A stretch of DNA of 64,000 nucleotides from NCBI GenBank assembly GCA_000934665.2, contig JYFJ02000746.1, forward strand, positions 1 through 64,000, given 5' to 3'. A program made the position numbers and the translations under genes. This DNA comes from Catajapyx aquilonaris (lineage: Eukaryota). The stretch's first letter is position 1; each line of letters begins with the position of its first letter. The notes under the pieces were generated by a model. That model was not told the DNA's origin, made no database searches, and worked only from the letters and a program-made list of their open reading frames with translations. Of this stretch, positions 1 through 20,901 are shown one piece after another.

Positions 1-414
1 TGTAGCTCAATTGGTTCACGAGATATGACCGATTTCTGAAACCCTACCTTCCGAAAAGGACGTTTTTTTCGGTGGGCCTATCTCCGGGGAGGGGGGGGGT
101 AAATCTCAAAACCGCGCAAATGGTATTTTTGAAAGACGTAATTAAAGCGATTCGCCGATTTTCGTCAAAATCTGACAACCCAAGGGTCAGGGGGCTCGGT
201 GAATTGACATGGAATGACCAATGGATGTGTCATTTATTTGGAATTAAATTGAAATCAAACTTGGAAATTTACAGGTTTAGGATTATACTCTAAATAACTG
301 AACGCTTAGAAGAGTAACATTTTATTAGGTAATTTTTCGAAAATAAAGATGGAATATGTATGCCATGATTACTTCCGTAACAGATAGCACTGACTCATTC
401 TATTTATCTTGCAG

Positions 415-9024
<8,610 letters not shown>

Positions 9025-12000
9025 GAGCGATGAAGTTGTCATTACGTTTGCTGGAGTGGTGAGGACATTGTCACTCTTCAATCATGAAAGTGTAATTTTA
9101 ATGAATGATTAAGGTTTATATATTAGCTCTATTTGTATGTGTCAGTATTATAGTTCTGAAAACCCAAAACGTTGTTTCTTTTTTATCTCTCTGCTTTTAC
9201 AGGAATAGGGAATGAACTGTTATTAATCGAAGCAGCGTAGTCGTGTTCTCCAGTCACTGGTGTAGGTCAGGATTTTTAACATTTTAAATCGGGAGATGGG
9301 AGATCCCGGAGATGCATGACATTTTATTAGATATGGCTATCAGTTATAAAGTAACGTAAGTTGGTGAGTGTAAGATTTTAAAAGTGTGACCTTTAATCAT
9401 TCAATGTAATCTTTTGGCAAGGATAACGAAGTCCAAACTTTGATGTTGAGGCAAAGCCACTTATTGCAATTTTGAAGTTGTAAACAGTGAACACAAGTAC
9501 CTTCCTATCATGACAAAGTGAAAAGAGAATTGGGGGCTCCTCTGCTACGCAATAATTACTGCGGTTTTTCTAAACACGCAAATTAGCAAACATGTGGGTA
9601 ATATTACTGCAAAGATTTTGTGAAATATTTGTTGACGTATTATTGCAGATCAATGAAAGGGTATGGCTTCTAAACACTTGAGGCCTAATCTGCATGATAA
9701 AACACTTTTTGGCAACGTGTATCTACATCTGTCCAGTGAGGACAAGGCGGTCAGTCTGGTCAACGCTCCTGTCTGCAGGTCAGGGGGAGGTGGAGCAGTG
9801 GGTTGGGGGGAGCCATCAAGGACCTTTGAATGAACTACCTGTGGGGGGAGTCATACAGCAACTTATCCTTTAACAGAAGGCCAAGGTCAAGTTGGATTTT
9901 TTATTGTTCAATCCAGGTCAGGATGTCTGCATTTGTTGTTATTTTTTTTTTGCTTGTAAGGAGAGATTTTGTGAATCATGGGTGTGTTGCAGCTGCATTT
10001 ACAGTACTCACATCCCACTTGTAATAATTATGCCCTTGTAATGAGTCACACCAATGTTGCGACTTTTTATGATACAGTTGTAGACCAGGTATTACTGTGA
10101 TTCACATCATCGGGACTTACGACTCTAATCTATAGCGTAACTTCTGGAACTCACCAGACCATTGCATGACTGGTTTTAAAATGAGATGGCAGGTTGGTTA
10201 TGTAAAACAGGTTATTTTAAGTAACTGGTTGGAAGGAAGTTCATCCACAAAGTAATGGGCCGTAAAGGGAAGTGACACTTCAATAATAATAATAATGGTA
10301 AATAATCAAGACATTTTGTCATGTGTAGTAGGTCTCGTTTCATTAAACTTGAATGGTACTCTCAACTGATAACATTTTTGGACACTTCAGTAATCAGTTT
10401 TGCACTGCGGACAATACAGTTGACATGCGGATAATACGCATTCCTTTTGTCAAGATCAATTGTGGATTATGGAGCAGTGCTCTTATCACCTCAGGTGTTG
10501 AAGTGACCCAGCAAGATCATACCTCCCAGTAGTTCAGCAGGGATTAGTGAAATGTGTCGTATACACTGCAACCATAGGAGGTGACCCTTCATCAACCTCT
10601 GCTGGGATACATAGTTCTCATGCATTGTGTATGATTATTTTCACATCAGACTGTGTGGCATATGACAACTCTATGTCTTTCCAAGCTTCATGTAGCGTTC
10701 ATTTATTGCTGCGTGCGATCCAGAGTGGCACTTCCCTTTTGTTTCAGGATAAAGAATAACATACATAGTCCACTGCGTTGTTGGTGTGAATTGATCGTGT
10801 ACAGCTGTAAAGAGCTTTGTGGATCTCCACCTTTACGTACTTGAACGTCACAGGGCATCGACTTCCCTTACACCTTGGCTTGTCTAAAAATCTTCATGAG
10901 ATCGTTATTTTGGCTGGATGAGGGTCAACCAAAAGCCATGTGTAGTGTAGGGACAAGTCAAAGGCAAACGATGTGAAGGTCACCCTGGCATTCAATATGT
11001 TTGAGTCCGAGTCTCCTTGCCTTGGTGGAAACATGTATATTTTGCAAGATGACCTAGGATGTTGCCATGCGGACTATTCGGTTGTTGATTCTTTTTCGTA
11101 AAAGTAGATTGCAAAGTCACATGTTTGTTGACTATCTTGCATCTCGCACGTGCTCCCTTCAGCATTTTATGTGGCCAACGACATCGAAGAATCTTTGAGT
11201 GACATTACCGCAACCCCCTTGGAATTTCATTAGCAGCCTTCACGGTCTACTTGATATCAGCGTGCTGCTTTTGCGTTTAAGAAATGTATCAATAAGTGTT
11301 TTAGTTGCTTTGATGTACACACAATTATTACATTTGTATTACCAGTATCTGATGGTTGAAATTATGCGATCTTGCAATTATTTTCTGACCATATAATTCA
11401 AATGGTCAGATTTAAATCTTCCTACAAGCCGCACTAATCAAATGGACTATTGCATTTCCTGCCCCAATATTTTTTGCTCATTGCCTGTCATTGCCATGTG
11501 ATTTTTAAAATCGTTTGTTTCTCATTGTTGCAGATTTTCATGCGAGAGGTCCTGTCCAATGATAATACATTTACCTAGCAGTACACGCAGTTACTTGGAG
11601 CAAGTTCATTGCCAGTGAGGCTCACGTGGGTGTTGAATTATTCAAATTAAGCCCTAGTGTCATTGCAGTCAAGGATAGTTATGCAACACTTGGAGCTACT
11701 TATTCGAGGTTGAAGAGCAATTTCAAATTTTATACCATAATGATTTATTATTCATGCTCATATGCCATCTTGTGAGCTATTCTATACTATGCCCCAGTGT
11801 CGTTTAGTATTTATCGCACTTGGTTGCTTTACCTGCAAAAGGGAATGAAATGCAAGTCATTGAATAGGATGGGCATCTTGCCCCCTTTTTAATCAGTCGT
11901 AGAGTACAAGTATTGCCAAAAAAAAAAACTAGCTGTTACTCTTGGGAGAATCTGCGTTGGCACATATTTTTAAAAATCATACACCACATACCACCAATCT

Positions 12001-13344
12001 ATGTACAGACAAAAAATAGCTGCTTGAGCGAGGAATATAATTTCACTTTTCAAAAACTTGAGTTTATTAAACGTTCAAACTTCACTTCCTCTTGGCAGGT
12101 AGAAAATATCTGTCTTGCTTCCACTTATGTACACACCCACACATCGCACATGTTGCACTTACACCAAATCAGTCTTTAATTGAGCAAAAACAGATAAAAC
12201 GAGCAGGGGAAAGTTGCAACGGTGGGACGTTTTGTACTTCAGTCTGTAGCATTTTTTTTTTTTTCCTTCCTTTACAATATCGTAGAAACCATTCCAACAA
12301 CAAAATATATAAAGAGTTTTGACGAGTCCAGAGAGAAAACACCTTGTGACAAACAACACTGTAAATGCACAACCAGGGGGTAGAAACTTGCAGCCTAAGA
12401 AGTCGGCTGGAATTCACACGTCTGCAATGGGAAAAAAAAGAAAAAAGGTTACACATTTTATTAGCAGCTGCGGTTGGTTGGAAAGGCGATTGAAAAGCTA
12501 GGTTTATTTTTGGGCTGGCCTGGCTCCTACCAAGACAAATACCCCCTGGCTGCTAATTATACACTCAGGGGGCACCTTTGCACACTCGAAAAATGCACTT
12601 CAGTTCAGGCAAAACCAGCTTGTAAACACATTTCAATCAAGTCCGGGGTCGCTGACACCTTTTGCGCCCAATTAGAAATCGGTTTGTTTGCAAAGGTAGA
12701 AGTAATATGCGGACTGACAGTAATGAAGATACAATGGGTACAGAGTCGTGTTGAAAGAGTATGTAGTTACTGTATTGAAATTATGTGTTCTGCTCTGCAT
12801 TCATATGAAGTTATATAACTCGGGAGTCATTCAGACAGTGACAAGTGTTACATTTGTACAGAATATTCCCAACTGACTGCATGTACAAAATTTCAGTTAA
12901 GTCGCGCGGTAAAGTTATCTGACAAATAGCAACACACGAATGGGATTATTAAAATGAAACTAAGGTATTATTATTCAAAGCCGAGGTCGTTTAGCATCGA
13001 ATGGTGATTCAAATTATGCAGATGAAAAATAATGAAACTGAAAGTTTGATCCTGTTGTGAAAAACAGATAAGCGGTTATACCATCTGATAGTTTGTAAAC
13101 TGCAGTAAGAAATTTAAATATGAAGGCAGTTCAACTTCCAAGTTGAGAAATAAGGCATTAGTCATCAGACTTGTCATGATAAAGATTTCATAGGTAGTTC
13201 TTCTCCCCCAGCTTTACACAATGACTGCCAGAGATATAATTATGATCTTACCCTTCAGGGACTTGTGCTTTCATTTGAGATGCTAAACGGGGCCATATCA
13301 TCACCCATCTTCCCAATGTTTGATTCTGGGCTACACCCATGGCG

Positions 13345-14506
13345 TCACCAGTACGGCCCATCGGTGACCAGGTGATGCCAGGCAGCAAACTCCGTCCAAC
13401 TGTTGAGCTGGAGGCGCAGGGCATCATAATGCACACCCCCATTGCGGCCGTTTTGGATGGGCTGTTCATTGACATCACTAACACCTGATTTCTTCTTTCT
13501 GAAGACGTAGTTTTTCCCATTGTTATTGTCCCAGAACTCGTGATCTGAGCAGCGGTAACCCACACAGAACTCGATTCGGTGTAGGGTAGGAGGCAGGGCC
13601 GTATGAAAGGTGAACGTGTCTAGTAATGAAGTGCCAGATGAGCCTAAGAGACCAGTCTGGACGTATGTTGCAAACACATCCTGTGGATAAATACAGTGTT
13701 TGTAAGAAACATGTAGTTAGTCAGAATTACAGTACAATATGTCAATGTGTTTCATCACATGGCATGTTTATATGAATGAATAAATCATAAGAGAGGCCAT
13801 GTGGATCTCTTACCAACATGAGGCAACTACAAAATAATCACCTGCTGACTGGCCCAGGAATCAAATGTAACACGAACGAAGACCTCCTTCTCGAATGACA
13901 AATTCTTGACCTTGATGGTTCCAACCAGAGCTTTTTCAACAGGCTTCACCGCTGCTGACTCCAGAGCCACTGATTGTTTCTGGGTCGCCTGGCGAAGAGC
14001 CATGTAGTCAGCCGCAGGCTGGCTGAAGTCTGCATCCCACTGCTCCTCTTCCTCGGTTACGCTCGCTCCTTGGGTCACCTGCAATGCGTGTTTAAGATAA
14101 TTTTGTTGGTTCAAATCCGCAACTCACAGTGTATTTTTGTTATCATTATGTCTAGACCACAAGATTGGCCAACCTGAGCTAGAAAAGCAGCAGTCCACTT
14201 TGGCGGTGCACACGACGGCTCGGTCATGACTTTCACATGCGTGAGTGCAAGTCCACACGCATCAGCAAACACAACTCGCTTGTTACCCCTTGGACGCTGA
14301 GCTTCGGACATGACCAGACACGGGCGGGGAAGAGTCTTGACAATATTGTCTGCACTGTCGTCCACTAAGGGAATATTGGCTGGTTGATGAAGGGGACCCA
14401 TCCTGAAAGGTGGGCCCCCCAGCAGGTGCGGAGGGTGCCCTGGGAACAGTGCGCCTGGTGGGCCCCTCACAATCTCCATATCCAACGGCATTGTCAGGGT
14501 GCACAT
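13345..14506 (-). CDS. Protein phosphatase 1 glycogen-targeting regulatory subunit (PPP1R3B/C/D-like, CBM21); coding exons 14506-14174, 14078-13842, 13680-13345
   Basis: RVxF PP1-docking motif (KRVVFAD). CBM21 motifs GTIKVKNLSFEKEVFVRVTFDSW and IEFCVGY..FWDNNNGKNY. GT-AG sites keep the frame. An acceptor just upstream of the ATG implies a further 5' exon. Confidence 0.92.
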
Positions 14507-16938
14507 TGGGACTCCAGCTAGGAAAAACAGCACAAAAATTAATAACACATTCTTAGCGTGGCATACCATGCTGTTTATTATTTTTGTAACACGCTGTCAA
14601 TGCATGATTGCAAATGCTTTTCCGGTATGGATTGAGCCAGATTAGTGACTAAAGTGCAGGAAGTGACTAAAGTCCTCATGTGCAGATCACTAATACTGTG
14701 TGTCACCCGCCATTGATTCCAATTGCAATGTAACGGTTTCGCCCCGGCCCACACAACAAGGTTAACAAATTGGCAAACTCTCAATAATATTTTGAACCCA
14801 TAGTTTTTGGAGGGGGGCTAGAACTCACATTATTTATAAATTCCTTTCCCACCCTCACACCGGAAACCTAAATTTATCTCAGCAGCGATGTTGCCATGTA
14901 CTCAACCCCAAAAAGGTGTTAAAAATGTTGGTGAATAATCTGTGAAGTGTCACTTGATCAAGGGCCGGCGACCTTGATAAGGTCCTAGAGAAGCTCTAGA
15001 GGTCAACTTTTTAAGACCAGACGAGGATTATCCCTTTTGTATAAAGACCTTTTATGATGTGAACACCAACGAGGAGGTATTTATTACTGATACATTGAAC
15101 CCTTTTTCAAAGACTACTTTTTCGGGGCTAGGACTAGACCGAACTAGCTCACCCTGACTTTCACTACTGGAAAGTAGTGTCGAGTACCGTTCTTTTTTGT
15201 TTATTAAAAAATCCTGTAAAACCCGCTTCTGTAGTATTCAGGACGCATTTTATAGCCTCGCAAAAAAAAATTCGCGACATCTTGGTACGCGAGCTTCCGG
15301 GAATATTTTGCTATCGAAAAAACTTCCGGAATGGTATGTACAGTCAAATGCAAAAAAACACAATTGTGGGTTTATCATCACGTGCAAATTACATGCCATG
15401 AAATAATACAATGGAGGGTATTGTCCTATGCGTACCTGTTGGGGAAGTTGCACGACTTCCCAAGAATATTGTCGTCGACAGCACCGAAAAAATGTCACGT
15501 ATGTCACACACATCAAACTGGGTCAAATAGGTTTATTGTTAAGAGCTGAGGCAACTAATTGCTCGCGGAAAATTATAAATATAAAAAATATACAGGGTGA
15601 CTCAAAAGTCTGTACCGTACATAAAATACACGCAAGTACAATTTGACCTAAAGTCATACATGATAAAACGGAAGTATCGCGGATTATATTCACTAGTGAT
15701 TCACTTATGGACGCACCATCCTGTGACATTGCCGGTACCGGTATATCCTTGACCTCATCCCAAAATAGCGGAGATTATCGATCCCCCTCTCCTTATTGAT
15801 TCACCCTTCACTGATTTACCATAAAATGCTGGGGGTACTCACTTTTGTTGCGACTTTTTTTTTTTTTTGAACACTATAAAATTTGATTGGTTGTGTCTTT
15901 AGGGTGTGTGCACCTTTGGATGTCCTGTGGGCTACTAAGGAGGGTACAGACGTGTAGTGGAACCCGGTCTGGGCACGTAGATCATGTAGGATGCACGCGC
16001 GTAGACGTGTAGGACGTCACACTGTTCACGTGCTTGGATCCTGCAAGCCAATAGGCGCAGGGGGTGTGTTCGTGATTCCCCCTCTAGAGCTGCTTGTAGT
16101 GTCTCCCCTTCAAATAAGAAACACCCCCTCGAACCACCCACACAAGGCCGACCCTTCAAAAAAAAAAAATTATTAAAAAATATTAAGTTAAAAAAAAATC
16201 AGTGCAATATACCACATTTCCGATCAGGTCAATGCAAATTTGCATAACCGGCTGTGTGTGTTTTTTTAAAATAAAGTGGCCTCGAGGTGGTTGCGTATAT
16301 TTAATTGGCGAGTCTTTAATGACTGGGTATAATATGACAGGGAGGCGCCTGATTTCCTGCCTGGTTTTTGTACTGGTACAGTTCAGGTGGTATTTATAAG
16401 CCCCCCCCAAGATCTGGATATAACCAGTGCGATGCAGTTCTTCAAAAATAGTGCCACCTGCAATTTTGCATTTGTTTGCAAATACACACTCCACGTGTGA
16501 TGATGAGTGTGCCCCCTCCAAAAAATCATTACATGCCAACAATGCGACGTTGCATTGGCCCATAAACATGTCGAATAAGAGGCATCAATTTAGTCCAATT
16601 AAAGTATAGGCTCCAGTGTGGATGGGGGAACGTTAACTTGTCAACTGACAGTTCAAGGATACATAATCCGTGACAATAAGTTGGAGCTTCCCGCAACAAT
16701 CCCCCCTCTCAATTATTATTATTATTATATCACGTGATTATGGGCTGTTAGATAACGGTCGTTATCTCACTGCCATTTTTTTTTTAAAAAAAAACGTGTG
16801 ATTGACATTACTCCCATCTAGTAAATAAGCCCATCAGTTGGTCCGTCGTGTGTACATGTCAATTAACAATTAAAAGATTATTAAGGCCGGGTTTAACCAT
16901 AGTTTAGCCGAGCAGGTTATATTATTTATTTAATAATG

Positions 16939-16946
16939 AAAAAAAA
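16939..16946 (-). terminator. RNA polymerase III T-run terminator of tRNA-Leu
   Basis: Eight T on the minus strand, starting 6 nt after the tRNA 3' end. Confidence 0.85.
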
Positions 16947-16952
16947 GGTTAT

Positions 16953-17071
16953 TGTCAGAAGTGGGATTCGAACCCACGCCCTCTCTCGAGGACCAGAACG
17001 CCCAGAGGGATGCGTGCGCATCCAAGCTGCTCGCTTGAGTCTGGCGCCTTAGACCGCTCGGCCATCCTGAC
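16953..17071 (-). tRNA. tRNA-Leu(CAA) with a 35-nt intron (16999-17033)
   Basis: Minus strand reads GTCAGGATGGCCGAGCGGTCTAAGGCGCCAGACT-CAA-G [intron] TTCTGGTCCTCGAGAGAGGGCGTGGGTTCGAATCCCACTTCTGACA. It has A and B boxes, a long variable arm and the intron at canonical position 37/38. Confidence 0.97.
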
Positions 17072-19419
17072 ATTCGTGGAGGGGAACCCTTCGCCAGCGT
17101 CCTTTCTACCTCCGCCCCGTGACGTCACTACCCCCCCACCCTCTGACGTCACTACTCGGGGGCGGCAAACATTACGATCAAGTACAACTGTACAGTTCGG
17201 TAAAATAAAAATGTGAAGATATCGGAGCAGCATTATCAAAGGTGTTATTTTTTTTAAAAAAGAGGAAGGTGCTTTTGGAAATTGATCAGGTGATATCGCA
17301 AAAAAATTATATAATATGTCACGGATCGACTGGATGCTATATTTCTAAATGTTCGAACCAGATCGAACCAATAATTTGATCTCATGTCACTACTCCGTGT
17401 CTCATGTCATCAGGCTGTGCGTGTTATTATGTCATCATGTTTCGACCTATGCCACTAAATATTTATTAGGCTAAGATAGTACAGAATGGCATACTTTTTT
17501 GAGTTTTTTCCATTAAAAAAAACTATTGGCTAATGGTCCAATAGTTGCTACCTTGCTATACCAAAGCTGATGCGTATCAATTAGGTTGAAATTGTGTGCG
17601 TGCCAATAATTATTCATTAGCCCCTTTTGCAACTATAGCAGAGTGACGCTATCGTCTTCCGGAACAACACATCCTCGAAGGTCATCAACACATATAATAC
17701 AAGTGCAAAATTGCCGACAAAAGTCTTTGGTACACATACACATTACCAATAACCGACCTCGTGCCAAATACCCTGCAATTTTAACGCTTTTTTTGAGAAA
17801 CTATCCTGGCTTCTTACCAGTCCGTTTAGCACGTTCTGATCACGCGCATCTTTGGTGGCATCTCCACAAATATTTGAGAGCTGGTCCTAATCTTATGTAA
17901 CTGCAATTATGGAGTGTCGACTCCAGCAACTACAGAGAAGCAATCAGTCCGTGATTGTTGCTTCACTTTGCACTGGTTGCTGGAGATAACAATATTTGAT
18001 ATAGCTTATGATTGTTGCTTCACTTTGTGGTTGCTGGAGAGAACAATATTTTATTTGTGGACTGGAGCTGTGTACCACCCTGTATAATTATGTTGGGTAT
18101 GAATGGGAACCAGCGGCTTCCTTTCATTGAAGGTGATTCGATGAAGGTGAACATGTATTGGTGCAAGTCACATACACCTTATACGTATAGGCTATGCAGA
18201 TTTTGATGATTAGGAGGGCCCCCACAGTGATTATCGACCCACAAGCACTAATTAAGAGAGGTTTGCGACCTTGCCCGGTACAAGATGCTGCAGAAGGACA
18301 GCAACCTACACTAAAAATAGAGGTTTTCGGCCTGTAATTTCTGGGTCTGTCATAATATGATAATGCAACCACACACAAAAAAACGCCGGCGACAATAAGT
18401 GCAAAGCACGATAAGTTTTTTACCCAATCTTGGTGATGCAATAGTGTTGCAGAAGTGCAGACAAACTGGATACAGACATTTATGTGGCGATATAAACCCG
18501 GCAATAGTTGGTCTGCTATAGTCTCTCAGCCAGCAAAAAATGTGTGTCAGGGAGCTTTGAAAGTGCCAGTGAAAATAAACCTTGCAAGTACTCACTGCCA
18601 TATTGCCAGTAAAAGTAGGTCGATGTATGATATATGTGCACTGTAACTAAAACTTAGCATACATTAGCCGCTAGAGGTTCTATAACATCGAATGATAGTT
18701 TCGTAAATGCCACTTGTGCGAGGACACCGTGTCCTTTCCCAGTGGTGCACACCCGTGAAGGACGTGTTCCTTGCCCAACTGCTGCTGGGGAACGAGATAT
18801 CGCATTTTTATTAGGTATCAGTTATCCGCATTGGGATTTCTACTTATATACACCTGAGCGTATGCGAGGAATGCGCCTTTCGTTCCAAGGTCAGATGTTG
18901 CGACTAAAAGGCGGGTTGTCGACCTTATGTTAATTCCGAAAACGGGTGTGGGTCAGGTGATGTTGGGAGGCCTGGCCAAGGATGCGGGTATATAATTTTT
19001 TTTAAAAAAAGAAGAAGAGAGACCACCCGGAGAAACGCCTTAAAAATAGATGTCCATGTGGTCTGGGTGTGATCAAACCATATCTATAGAGTTTAGCAGT
19101 GAACGGTTGACCCCATACGAGTCCTGAAAGTCCGGACCCGGAAGACCAAAAAACAACAACAAAAAAACCTTATAGACACACGCACATGCGTTTCACGTGG
19201 CGACCCCATTTTTGTACCCTTGTCTTGTTTTTTGTTTTTGCAAATCGTTTAACTAGTCTGTTGACATTTCGCCCTGTTTTGGTAGCTCATTAGGAGAGCC
19301 CACCTATATGCCCTACATTTTGGCAGTGGAAACTTAATCCGGCGGATTGTTATTTACATAAATTATTTTTACAAACCATCCATCAATACACAGCACATCC
19401 TCAAAACTCAGAAGAATCT

Positions 19420-19655
19420 TTAGTAAAATAATCACAAGTATTACACCATATCCTGAAGAAAATATTCACAAATATTACACCAAATCCTGAAGAAAATATT
19501 CACAAATATTACACTAAAATAATGCTGAATGAAATATTCACAAATATTACACCATATTCGTCCTTAAGTCGCTCGGCAATGAAATATTCACAAAATAATA
19601 TTACACAATCATACTGTATTCGTCACCAAGTCCTGAATGAAATATTTTACAAAAT
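19420..19655. repeat. Degenerate AT-rich tandem repeat (core GAAAATATTCACAAATATTACAC, unit about 35 bp)
   Basis: The core recurs about 5-6 times with decay. Confidence 0.75.
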
Positions 19656-20901
19656 AATGAGGGGTTTGATATTAAAAACAGGCCAAGTCCACTATATAGG
19701 AAAACTGGAAGTAAAATTAGAAACAAAGTGATGATTAGTTGATTGACTTTCACTTGTACAATCTTGAAACTTTTTATGCCCATATTTTTCCGCAGTTCAG
19801 TTACGTACGGAAATGTGAATATTATGTCGTGAAGGTGAAGGACATTATTAAAATACATAATTGCTGCACGTTTTTGTGTTACAGCCACAAAAAGTGAGCT
19901 TGACCGTTTTTTTTTTTAGCTCAGACATATTTTCCTGAATAAAATATTTACAAATTCACGCATTAAAATATTCACAATGTCTTCTGAAATCGTCAACAAA
20001 TTGGTCGTAAATGTTAGTCCGCAATAAGTCATGTAATGGTTGTTGGTGGATAGGGACATTACCGCAGATGGACCTTGCACTTCTGGTACGACCATTTCCT
20101 CCAGTCAGTGTTTCCATAACAGATCCAAGTCCACCCCCCGAGAAATCTTATAATAAATTATATCGATGGCGATCACATGCACTGACCAGTGAATCTGAGC
20201 GTTGAAGGAATAAAGTGATAAGGCATGGCAAGAGAGCGTAATGTTGGCAAACGATAAAGGCTGTCGGGCTGGTGCCCTTGGGAACTTCAAACATATCCTT
20301 CACTTGACATTGGCCAGGCCTGGAAGAGACGGGGCTTTGCACCCTTTATACCTCTTGCTGGCCTGCCTGATTAAACAAGTCTAGAAGGTGTGAACGCGAC
20401 AATTTTTTTGTCCCCACACACACACACTTTTTTTTTTTTGTCGCTCAGTCTGCACCTGGACGGCGCCGTCGCTTCCCCATAACTTAATCTGTCCCATTAG
20501 CTATGCACTAAAAAAGTCAGGGCCTGCCCTACTCCTTACAAGGGGTCTGAGAAAACCGTGTAAATAGTGCCGGTTCATACAACGTGAAAATCCGGTTTTG
20601 AAAATCTGACCGGGAAAAATAAATCAACGAAATTTGGGGGGAGTGACCGCTCCTGCCATCTGTCGGCTCAAGGGATATGAAAAAGGCACTTCTAATTTGG
20701 CAGCGGACCTGTGATTGGCTGCTGACAACCAATCAGAATTGAGCATTAAAAAACGTTCTAAACAACATTAAAACTGAAAATTTTAGTGACGCCCTTGTTT
20801 AATTAGCCTTCTCTGGAATTTAATTGCGGGCGTAATTAGACCGAGGGTTGTTATTGTGTCATCATTAGTGCGGCCCAGACTTGCATGACACAGCAGCCAA
20901 G

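Noticed and set aside
1..222. Possible right end of a MITE in the first visible SNRNP200 intron (..GAATTGACATGGAATGACC)
   Set aside because: The other end lies outside the window, so neither a TIR pair nor a TSD can be shown.
10380..11000. Possible degraded LINE (minus-strand ILLGHFNT- and AFD-like words)
   Set aside because: Only isolated short motif resemblances without a continuous frame; needs a profile search to support.
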